Shown piece by piece: positions 17,524 through 25,488 of a stretch of DNA of 64,000 nucleotides. Under the pieces are notes generated by a model. That model saw only the letters and a list, made by a program, of their open reading frames with translations. It made no database searches and was not told where the DNA came from. The stretch is from positions 8,938 through 72,937 of the forward strand of contig DATMEB010000132.1 in assembly GCA_035557095.1 (NCBI GenBank), given 5' to 3'. The position numbers and the translations under genes were made by a program. Each line of letters begins with the position of its first letter. The first letter of the stretch is position 1. The DNA comes from Nocardioidaceae bacterium (GTDB taxonomy: Bacteria; Actinomycetota; Actinomycetes; Propionibacteriales; Nocardioidaceae).

Positions 17524-18740
17524 CCAGCAACGAGTTGCAGTCCCCGCGCAAGACCCGCTACGACGGCTACCGCAGCTACTCGGCCCTGGCCGCCGGCAAG
17601 GACTACCGGGCGTTCCGGCTCGCCGTCGAGCTCGGCCGGGTCGACTCCCGTGGGCCAGAGCTCGACAGCGCACAGCGCGAGCGGGTCCAGCGGCTGCTGG
17701 CCGACAACATCGTCATCTCACTGCACGACCACACCTCGGTGTTCCCCGAGGACATGGGCGACACCCTCGACTACAACCGCCTGGGCCGCCACCACACCGG
17801 CTACGAGGGTCTGTCCAGGTCGGGGATGACCGCGGTGTTCGAGAACTTCATGGACGGCACCTGCTGCATCACGTCGCAGGCGGGCTGGAAGTGGGACGAC
17901 GTCCTCATCGACATCGGCATGCGCTACTCCGACATCGCCAAGCAGGACTTCGTGGTGCGAGCCGAACGCGTCGCCGACATCCACGCCGCACACAACGACG
18001 GCCGGCTGGCGTTCGTCTCCGGGCTCGAGGCAGCGACCCCGATCCAGAACGAGGTGGACCGCATCGACGTGCTCTACGGCCTCGGCGTACGTCAGATGGG
18101 GATCGCCTACAGCGAGGCGAACAACCTCGGTTCGGGGCTGCGGGAGCGCCATGACGGCGGGCTGACGTACTTCGGCGACCGGGCGGTGGAGCGGATGAAC
18201 AAGCTCGGTATCGCCATCGACGTCTCCCATTCCGGCGACCGCACCAGCCTGGACGTCATCGAGCGGTCGAGCAAGCCGATCTTCATCACCCACGCCGGTG
18301 CCCGCACGGTCTGGCCCACGGCGCGGATGAAGCCGGACGAGGTGATCAAGGCCTGCGCCGAACGCGGTGGCGTCATCGGCATCGAGGCTGCCCCGCACAC
18401 GACGATGAGCCCCGAGCAGCCCCGGCACAACCTCGACGCGTTCATGCACCACTTCCGCTACTGCGTCGACCTCGTGGGCATCGACCACGTCGCGTTCGGG
18501 CCGGACACGCTGTTCGGTGACCACGTGGGGCTGCACGACCTGTTCGCGCAGCACCTGTCCATCGGGGCGGCGCACGAGGGCAAGGAGTTCGAGAAGGTCG
18601 ACTTCGTCGACGGGATCGAGAACCCGGCGGAGGAGTTCCACCACATCACCGGCTGGCTCGTCGCCCACGACTACTCCGACGACGAGATCGCCAAGGTGCT
18701 CGGCGGCAACGTCCTGCGGGTGCTCGACGAGGTCTGGTAG
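17520..18740 (+). CDS. Membrane-dipeptidase family (peptidase M19) dipeptidase
   Basis: ISLHDH (HxD zinc site), GVRQMGIAYSEANN, IDVSHSGD, FITHAG and FGPD motifs. GTGA overlap at 17520-17523. Confidence 0.85.
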   Translation: MTSNELQSPRKTRYDGYRSYSALAAGKDYRAFRLAVELGRVDSRGPELDSAQRERVQRLLADNIVISLHDHTSVFPEDMGDTLDYNRLGRHHTGYEGLSRSGMTAVFENFMDGTCCITSQAGWKWDDVLIDIGMRYSDIAKQDFVVRAERVADIHAAHNDGRLAFVSGLEAATPIQNEVDRIDVLYGLGVRQMGIAYSEANNLGSGLRERHDGGLTYFGDRAVERMNKLGIAIDVSHSGDRTSLDVIERSSKPIFITHAGARTVWPTARMKPDEVIKACAERGGVIGIEAAPHTTMSPEQPRHNLDAFMHHFRYCVDLVGIDHVAFGPDTLFGDHVGLHDLFAQHLSIGAAHEGKEFEKVDFVDGIENPAEEFHHITGWLVAHDYSDDEIAKVLGGNVLRVLDEVW

Positions 18741-18783
18741 CTCGCGGGGGCGCCGCCCCGGCCGCCTAGGCTGCCTGCGTGCC

Positions 18784-18797
18784 AACTGTTGACAGTT
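18784..18797. promoter_or_regulatory. Inverted repeat AACTGT-TG-ACAGTT containing TTGACA; candidate GntR operator overlapping a -35
   Basis: Read directly from the sequence. It fits the GT-N-AC core of FadR/GntR boxes. TTGACA is at 18789-18794, about 100 nt upstream of the MFS start. Confidence 0.4.
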
Positions 18798-18894
18798 TGC
18801 ACTTTCTCGGCTTCACTGCGCGGATGCGTCGTACCCCTGCGTCCCAACGTGCGTTCACGCACGTGCCGGGGGCTCGACAGCCGAGGAGCGCTGT

Positions 18895-20235
18895 ATGAAC
18901 GTCACGTCCGGTACCGGCAGCCCGCTCGATCCGCAGGCCCCCGACCTCAGCGGTGCGGTCACCGAGCCGAAGCAGGTCTCACCGCGGGTCGTTGCAGCGG
19001 GCGCGATCGGCTCGATCGTCGAGTACTTCGACTTCGGCGTCTACGGCTTCGTCGCGACGATCCTCGCCGTGCACTTCTTCGTGGCCGAGGACCCCACGGC
19101 GGCACTGCTGGCGACGCTGGCGACGTTCGCCGCCGCGTTCGTGCTCCGCCCTCTTGGTGGCGTGTTGTTCGGCCACTTCGGCGACCGGCACGGACGTCGC
19201 AACGCTCTCGCCGCCACGGTCGGGCTGATGGCGGTGGCGTCGGGACTGATCGGGCTGCTGCCGACCTACGCCGCCATCGGTGTGGGTGCCACCGTGCTGC
19301 TGGTACTGGCACGCATCGCCCAGGGCATGGCCGCCGGAGGCGAGCTCGGCGGTGCGGCCTCGTTCGTGTCCGAGTTCTCCCCGAGCCGCAACCGCGGCCT
19401 GCTGTGTTCCACGGTGCAGATGGGCGCGGTCGGCGGTGCCCTGCTGGCCTCGCTGACGGTGACGCTGCTCAACACGATCCTGGGCGAGCAGGCGATGACC
19501 GACTGGGGCTGGCGGATCCCGTTCCTGCTGGCCATCCCGCTCGGCGGCGTGGGTCTGTGGATCCGGGCCCGGCTGGTCGACACCCCGCGGTTCGCCGCGC
19601 TGGAGGAGAAGGACGAGAAGTCGCGCACACCGGTGGTCGCGCTGTTCCGGGAGCAGCCGGGCGCGCTGACCAGGTGCATCGGGCTCTCGATCCTGCTGTT
19701 CTCCGCCTACTACGTGGCCTACGTCTACGTGAACATCCACATGCAGACCGTCGTCGGCATGCCGGCCAACACGGCATTCTGGTCGACCACCCTCACCCTG
19801 GCGGTGGCCGTCGCGGCCATGCCGTTCTTCGGTGCGCTGTCGGACCGCATCGGGCGTAAGCCGGTGTTCGTGGGCGGCGCGCTCGCGGGCCTGGTGCTCC
19901 CGGTACCGGCCTTCCTGCTGTTCGACGCGGGCGGCGCCGTGGCGATCGTCGCCCACGTGGTGCTGGGCCTGGTCGACGCCGCTCTCATGGGCGTCGCGTT
20001 CTCCGCGTTCGCCGAGATGTTCACGACCCGGGTCCGCTACACCGGCATCGCGCTGGGGTTCAACGTCGGTGCCGCCGCGGCCGGTGGGACCGCTCCCTAC
20101 GTTTGTACCTGGCTGGTCGACGTCACCGGCTCCAACCTCTCGCCGGCGTACTTCCTCATGGTGACGGCGGTCATCACACTCGTGGCCGCCCTGGGCATGC
20201 GGGAGACCGCCGGCACCGCCCTGCGCGACGCATGA
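18895..20235 (+). CDS. MFS transporter, metabolite:H+ symporter (MHS; ProP/KgtP-like) type
   Basis: GSIVEYFDFGVYGF, RPLGGVLFGHFGDRHGRR and 12 TM segments. GAGGAG RBS upstream. Confidence 0.85.
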   Translation: MNVTSGTGSPLDPQAPDLSGAVTEPKQVSPRVVAAGAIGSIVEYFDFGVYGFVATILAVHFFVAEDPTAALLATLATFAAAFVLRPLGGVLFGHFGDRHGRRNALAATVGLMAVASGLIGLLPTYAAIGVGATVLLVLARIAQGMAAGGELGGAASFVSEFSPSRNRGLLCSTVQMGAVGGALLASLTVTLLNTILGEQAMTDWGWRIPFLLAIPLGGVGLWIRARLVDTPRFAALEEKDEKSRTPVVALFREQPGALTRCIGLSILLFSAYYVAYVYVNIHMQTVVGMPANTAFWSTTLTLAVAVAAMPFFGALSDRIGRKPVFVGGALAGLVLPVPAFLLFDAGGAVAIVAHVVLGLVDAALMGVAFSAFAEMFTTRVRYTGIALGFNVGAAAAGGTAPYVCTWLVDVTGSNLSPAYFLMVTAVITLVAALGMRETAGTALRDA

Positions 20236-20945
20236 CCGTGCACAACGACCCGGCGACCGGGTCCGGCGGACTTGGCCCACTGTCGCGCAATGCCACTTAC
20301 TCCGCCCGTACGGAGTCGGTGCTTCGCAGCATGATCCTCGACGGCGAGCTGGCGCCGGGCGAACGTCTCAACGAGGTGGCACTGGCCAACACCCTCGGGA
20401 TCAGCCGCGGTCCGCTCCGCGAGGCGGTGCGCCGGCTGGCCAGCGAGGGGCTCCTCACGCTGGTCAGCCACCGCGGAGCCTTCGTGCGGACGTTCAGCCG
20501 TGACGAGATCGTCGAGCTGTACGAGGTGCGGGCAGCCCTCGAGCTGCACGCCGTGCGGCTGGTGTGCCAGCGGGCCGACGACGGGGACATCGCCGAGCTC
20601 CAGGCGATGCTCGACGAGACCGAGACGCGGATGAGCCGGGACCGCAACCACGCATACCCGCAGGAGCTCGACTTCCATCTCCGGATGGTGCTCCTCGCGG
20701 GCAACCAGGCACTGATGGACGCGGCGCTGGCCTCGCACCACCAGATCTCGCTGGCCCGGTCGATCTCGGCCAAGCAGCCACTCCGGGCGCGGGCCGCGGT
20801 CGTCGAGCACCACGAACTGGTGGATGCCGTCCAGGCGCGGGACGTCCACACCGCCACGGATCTGATGGACCGGCACATCGGGCACTCCCGGGACAGCGCC
20901 CTGACGGCCCTCGGCCTGCCCACCGAAACAAGAGAGGACCTCTGA
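20232..20945 (+). CDS. GntR-family regulator, FadR subfamily (FCD domain)
   Basis: LNEVALANTLGISRGPLREAVRRLASEGLL wHTH plus an all-helical C-terminal domain. ATGA overlap with the MFS stop at 20232-20235. Confidence 0.85.
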   Translation: MTVHNDPATGSGGLGPLSRNATYSARTESVLRSMILDGELAPGERLNEVALANTLGISRGPLREAVRRLASEGLLTLVSHRGAFVRTFSRDEIVELYEVRAALELHAVRLVCQRADDGDIAELQAMLDETETRMSRDRNHAYPQELDFHLRMVLLAGNQALMDAALASHHQISLARSISAKQPLRARAAVVEHHELVDAVQARDVHTATDLMDRHIGHSRDSALTALGLPTETREDL

Positions 20946-21847
20946 TGCGACCCACCGAGCAGCTTCGCGGCCTTCTGCGGGACCGACGAAACCTGCCGCT
21001 GATCGTTCCTGGCGCGGTGAACGCGCTGTCAGCGCGCGTCGTGGAGGAAGCCGGCTTCGAGGCCTGCTACGTCTCCGGTGCCGGTGTGACCAACAGCTAT
21101 CTCGGTGTTCCCGACCACGGGCTGCTCAGTGTCTCGGAGCTGGTCGACCACGTCGCGGCGATGGCGGACGCAGTCGCGATCCCGCTGGTCGCCGACGCGG
21201 ACACCGGCTTCGGCAACGCCATCAACGTCTCCCGCACGGTGCGGCAGCTGGAGCGGGCCGGCGCGGCCGCGATCCAGATCGAGGACCAGCTCTCCCCGAA
21301 GAAGTGCGGCCACTTCTCCGGCAAGGAGGTGATCAGCACCGCCGAGATGGCCGGCAAGATCCGTGCGGCCTGTGACGCCCGTACCGACGACGCGCTGGTC
21401 ATCGTCGCCCGCACCGACGCCCGCGCGGGCGAGGGCATCGACGCCGCCTGCGACCGCGCGGCCGCGTACGCCGAGGCCGGCGCCGACGTCCTTTTCGTGG
21501 AGGCGCCGCGGACCATCGAGGAGATGCGCCAGGTGACCGCTGCGGTGCCGGGCCTGCACATCGCCAACATGGTCGAGGGTGGTCTGACTCCGCTGCTCAA
21601 CCGCGACCAGCTCGCCGAGCTCGGCTTCGCCATCGGCCTGTACGCGAACGCCGCCATGCGCGGTGCGGTGCTCGGGATGCGTGCGGTGATGGAGCATCTG
21701 GCCAAGCACGGTGACACCCTGGGCGCGAGTGAGCTCATGATCTCCTGGACCGAGCGGCAGAACCTCGTGCGCAAACCCACCTACGACGAGCTCGAGAGTC
21801 GGTACGCCCGCTTCACCGACTCCGAGGAAGGGGGTCCAGGGAAATGA
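20945..21847 (+). CDS. Isocitrate lyase/PEP mutase superfamily enzyme, lyase-type (methylisocitrate/dimethylmalate lyase-like)
   Basis: ADADTGFGN, IEDQLSPKKCGHFSGKEV (gating loop with Cys), ARTDA and EAPR motifs. TGATG junction with the GntR stop. Confidence 0.8.
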   Translation: MRPTEQLRGLLRDRRNLPLIVPGAVNALSARVVEEAGFEACYVSGAGVTNSYLGVPDHGLLSVSELVDHVAAMADAVAIPLVADADTGFGNAINVSRTVRQLERAGAAAIQIEDQLSPKKCGHFSGKEVISTAEMAGKIRAACDARTDDALVIVARTDARAGEGIDAACDRAAAYAEAGADVLFVEAPRTIEEMRQVTAAVPGLHIANMVEGGLTPLLNRDQLAELGFAIGLYANAAMRGAVLGMRAVMEHLAKHGDTLGASELMISWTERQNLVRKPTYDELESRYARFTDSEEGGPGK

Positions 21848-23298
21848 GCAGCGACCCCGTGACCACGGCTGGTGACAACGTCGCCGACCTGAGGTTGCAC
21901 GGCGGGCGGGTGTTCCTGCACGGCACGGGTCTCGTCACCGCCGACGTCCTCGTGGCCGACGGGCTCGTCGCCGGCATCGTCGGTGCCGACGCCCCCGCCC
22001 AGGCTCGCGAGGTCGTGGACCTCGACGGGGCCGTGGTCCTGCCCGGCGCGATCGACCCGCACGTGCACCTCGGCAAGGACATCCGCACGCCCAAGGACCC
22101 GGACGACAGCGACCTGGAGACCGCCTCGGCCGTCGCCGGTGGGATCACCTCGATGCTCGTCTACCTGATGAGTGCCGAGCCGTACGCGAACGAGTTCGCG
22201 TCCTCCCGCAAGGTCATGGACGAGTACGCCCGCACCGACTTCGGCTTCCACCTCGTGCTGGGCACGCCGCAGCACCTGGCGGAGGTGCCCGACTATGTGC
22301 GTGAGCTGGGCGTGACCACCTTCAAGTTCTTCATGAACTTCCGCGGGGACGAGGGCGCCTACCTGGGAATGCCCGGCAACGACGACGCGTTCATGTACGA
22401 CCTGCTCGGCATCACGGCCGACCACGGCGCCATGGTGAACCCGCACCCGGAGAACGTCGAGCTGGTATGGCGTCTGCGCGAGCAGCCGCGTGACGAGTCG
22501 CTCGGACCGCTCGCGGCCTGGAACGCCTCCCGGCCTCCGTTCGTCGAGGCGGAGGCGCAGCAGCGGGTCTCCTATTTGGCCTCGGTGACCGGCGCGTCGG
22601 TGTACGCGGTGCACACCAGCAGTCGCGCGGCGCTGGAGGCGACCGTGCGGCAGCAGGCCGCCTATCCCCACCTGTACGTGGAGACCTGCACCCACTACCT
22701 GACGCTCTCCACCGAGTCGCCCTGCGGCACGTACGGGAAGGTCAACCCGCCACTGCGGCCACCGTCGGACGTCGAGGCATTGTGGGAGGGGCTCGCCGCG
22801 GGTCAGGTCGACACGGTCGGGTCCGACCACAACGCCCGCCACCGCAGCAACAAGGAGAAGGACGTCTGGTCGGCGTCGGCCGGGTTCCCGGGTACCGGCG
22901 TCGTGCTCCCGCTGACCCTGACCGAAGGTCTGCGGCGTGGTGTCAGCCTCGACCGGCTCGTCGACGCCACGTCCACGCGCGCAGCGAAGCTGTTCGGGCT
23001 CTATCCGCAGAAGGGCACCATCCGCGTGGGGTCCGACGCCGACCTGGTCGTGGTCGACCTCGACGGCAGCACCGTCCTCGACGGCCGGACCCAGCACTCT
23101 GCAGCGGAGTACACCCCGTGGCAGGACACGCAGGTACCGGTTCGGGTCCTGCACACGCTGGTCCGTGGGACCTTCGCCTACCGGGACGGACAGCTCACCG
23201 ACGCCCGTCCCGGCCGGTACCTGCACCGCCGCAACAGCGGCGCCACCGCCCTTTCGGCCATCGATGCCGCGAGCGGAGTGAAGGAGGACGCTCGATGA
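21844..23298 (+). CDS. Cyclic amidohydrolase (D-hydantoinase/dihydropyrimidinase family)
   Basis: AIDPHVHL (HxH), TTFKFFMNF (carboxylated-Lys context), NPHPEN, AVHTSS and GSDHNA are the full binuclear-metal ligand pattern. ATGA overlap at 21844. Confidence 0.85.
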   Translation: MSSDPVTTAGDNVADLRLHGGRVFLHGTGLVTADVLVADGLVAGIVGADAPAQAREVVDLDGAVVLPGAIDPHVHLGKDIRTPKDPDDSDLETASAVAGGITSMLVYLMSAEPYANEFASSRKVMDEYARTDFGFHLVLGTPQHLAEVPDYVRELGVTTFKFFMNFRGDEGAYLGMPGNDDAFMYDLLGITADHGAMVNPHPENVELVWRLREQPRDESLGPLAAWNASRPPFVEAEAQQRVSYLASVTGASVYAVHTSSRAALEATVRQQAAYPHLYVETCTHYLTLSTESPCGTYGKVNPPLRPPSDVEALWEGLAAGQVDTVGSDHNARHRSNKEKDVWSASAGFPGTGVVLPLTLTEGLRRGVSLDRLVDATSTRAAKLFGLYPQKGTIRVGSDADLVVVDLDGSTVLDGRTQHSAAEYTPWQDTQVPVRVLHTLVRGTFAYRDGQLTDARPGRYLHRRNSGATALSAIDAASGVKEDAR

Positions 23299-24032
23299 CA
23301 CGCCCAGAACCGAACCGCTCCACCGAACGACCGTGGGCGAGCGGTGGCTCAGAAGTGGTCGACGCCCGCACGCGCGAACGGTACGAGGCGGCAGGCTTCG
23401 GCAAGCAGATCGGCTTCGGCACCCGCCCCGCGCTCCTGATCATCGACGTGCAGTACCGCACGGTCGGCACCTCGCCGATGCCCTTCGACCAGGCCGTCAC
23501 CGAGTTCCCGACCAGCTGCGGCGACGTCGGTTGGGCGGCCGTCGAGAACATCGGCAGCCTGCTGGCAGTGTTCCGCGACAACTCCTGGCCTGTGCTGTAC
23601 CCCTATGTCGCGCCGAAGCAGGCGTACGACTCCGGCCGGCTCGGCGCCAAGGTGCCAGGGATCATGAGCATCCCCGAGCACGGCTACGACTTCGTCGAGC
23701 AGGTCGCCCCTCGCGACGGCGACGTCCTCGTGCCCAAGCGGCACCCGTCGGCGTTCTTCGGGACGCCGCTGGCGTCCTACCTCATCGACGCGGGCGCGGA
23801 CTCTCTCGTGGTCACCGGCTGCACGACATCGGGTTGCGTGCGGTCCAGCGTGGTCGACGCCTTCTCGTACAACTTCCGGGTCGCTGTCCCCAGCGACGCC
23901 GTCTACGACCGCTCGGACGTGGTGCACGAGGTGAACCTCTTCGACATGGCGCAGAAGTACGCCGACGTGGAGACCACCTCGGCGCTGCTCGACCGGCTGC
24001 GTGGACTGACCGGCCGAGCGCAGGCCGGTTAG
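23295..24032 (+). CDS. Isochorismatase-fold cysteine hydrolase (N-carbamoylsarcosine amidase/RutB/NicF-like)
   Basis: Asp-Lys-Cys triad contexts LLIIDVQY, VPKRHPSAF and VVTGCTTSGCV. ATGA overlap at 23295. Confidence 0.8.
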   Translation: MTRPEPNRSTERPWASGGSEVVDARTRERYEAAGFGKQIGFGTRPALLIIDVQYRTVGTSPMPFDQAVTEFPTSCGDVGWAAVENIGSLLAVFRDNSWPVLYPYVAPKQAYDSGRLGAKVPGIMSIPEHGYDFVEQVAPRDGDVLVPKRHPSAFFGTPLASYLIDAGADSLVVTGCTTSGCVRSSVVDAFSYNFRVAVPSDAVYDRSDVVHEVNLFDMAQKYADVETTSALLDRLRGLTGRAQAG

Positions 24033-24072
24033 GCGCGGCCGCCGCACGGGAGTACAGGAGCATCAGGTCGAT

Positions 24073-25488
24073 ATGACGAGAAGCGACATTGGGCAACCGG
24101 TGGATGTCGACGTCGTGGTCGTCGGCGCCGGGGGCTGCGGTCTGGCCGCTGCGCTGGCCGCGTCCGAGCGCGGTGCGTCCGTCGCTGTCCTGGAGAAGAT
24201 GGATGCTCCCGGCGGGAACACCGCCCTGTCGACCGGGTCGATCCCCGCCGCGGGCAGCCGGTACCAGGCTGCGGCCGGCATCCTCGACAGCCCGCAGCGG
24301 ATGACCGCCGACCTGCTGCGGCAGTCGGGAACCCACGAGGCGCAGGGCCTCGTCGCCGTGCTGGCTGCGGATTCCGCCAGTCTGGTCGAGTGGCTGGTGG
24401 AGGACCATCGCGTCGACCTGCGGCTGGTCACCGACTACAAGCACGTCGGTCACTCCGTCGAACGGCTGCATGCACCACCGGACCGTCGGGGATCCTCGCT
24501 GATGAAGGACCTGCTGGCCGCCACGCGGCGCAGTGGTGTCGACATCGCGGTCGGCAATCCCGTGGCCGGCCTGGTCGTCGAGCACGGCGAGGTCGTGGGG
24601 GTCGTCGTGGACGGCCCGCGCTGTGGGCGCTACGAGATCTCCTGTCGCTCGGTCGTCCTGGCGGGCAACGGCTTCGGCAACGACCGCTCGATGCTCGAGG
24701 CCTGGATTCCAGAGGTCGCCGGGGCGCAGTACTTCGGCGCCGAGGGCTCGACCGGGGAGGCGGTCCGCTGGTGCCTGGACCTCGGAGCCCAGCCGGGCAA
24801 CATGGGTGCCTACCAGGGATACGCGACTGTCGCCTACCCGCACGGTTCGATCGTGTCGTGGACCACCGTGGAGAAGGGCGGAGTGATCCTGTCGCCCGCA
24901 GGGGAGCGGATGGGGGACGAGACTCTCGGCTACTCCGGGTTCACCGAGGTGGTCTCCGCGCACGCGACGGAGAGTCACGTGGTCATGGACACCCGTATCC
25001 GGGACTACGTGACCGCGCACGAGCCGGAGTTCGCCGACCTGGTCGCGATCGGAGGCGTCGTCGAGGCGTCCGACGTCGCCGAGGTGGCGCTGCGTATCGG
25101 AGCATCGGCCGATGTCGTCGGTGAGACGCTTAGCCGCTACCAGGCTGCAGCTCGCGGTGGGCCTGTCGACGAGCACGGGCGCACCGACTTCGGGATGGCA
25201 CCCTTGCAGCCGCCGTACTGCGTGGTCCGCTCGGTCCCTGCGATCTTCCACACCCAGGGCGGAGCGCGGGTCGACGACGAGGGCCGCGTGGTGCGCAGCG
25301 ACGGCTCGCCCATCCCGGGGCTGTACGCAGGCGGGGGTGTCACGGCCGGCCTGTCCGGCGTCACCGGTGCGGCCGGGTACTCCTCGGGCAACGGACTCAT
25401 GTCCGCGATCGGCCTCGGACGTATCGCCGGTGCCGCTGCCGCGCGCCGCTCTCGTGGCGCGGTCGAGGCGGCGTCACCCGGGCATTAG
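24073..25488 (+). CDS. FAD-dependent oxidoreductase, fumarate reductase/succinate dehydrogenase flavoprotein-like (FAD_binding_2)
   Basis: VVVVGAGGCGLAAALAASERGASVAVLEKMDAPGGNTALSTG dinucleotide fold, and C-terminal IPGLYAGGGVTAG. 40 nt after the amidase gene, with an AGGAG RBS. Confidence 0.8.
   Translation: MTRSDIGQPVDVDVVVVGAGGCGLAAALAASERGASVAVLEKMDAPGGNTALSTGSIPAAGSRYQAAAGILDSPQRMTADLLRQSGTHEAQGLVAVLAADSASLVEWLVEDHRVDLRLVTDYKHVGHSVERLHAPPDRRGSSLMKDLLAATRRSGVDIAVGNPVAGLVVEHGEVVGVVVDGPRCGRYEISCRSVVLAGNGFGNDRSMLEAWIPEVAGAQYFGAEGSTGEAVRWCLDLGAQPGNMGAYQGYATVAYPHGSIVSWTTVEKGGVILSPAGERMGDETLGYSGFTEVVSAHATESHVVMDTRIRDYVTAHEPEFADLVAIGGVVEASDVAEVALRIGASADVVGETLSRYQAAARGGPVDEHGRTDFGMAPLQPPYCVVRSVPAIFHTQGGARVDDEGRVVRSDGSPIPGLYAGGGVTAGLSGVTGAAGYSSGNGLMSAIGLGRIAGAAAARRSRGAVEAASPGH

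Noticed and set aside
15727-17673. 648-aa minus-strand ORF
   Set aside because: It is antisense to the SSS symporter, whose motifs are unambiguous. The composition is typical of a shadow ORF.
18741-18775. Possible terminator hairpin GGGGC-gcc-GCCCC after the dipeptidase gene
   Set aside because: It has only a 5-bp stem with a 3-nt loop and no U-tract, so it is too weak to call.
21781-25251. 506-aa (21781-23301) and 479-aa (23812-25251) minus-strand ORFs
   Set aside because: They are antisense to the hydantoinase and to the amidase/flavoprotein genes, which carry complete catalytic motifs.
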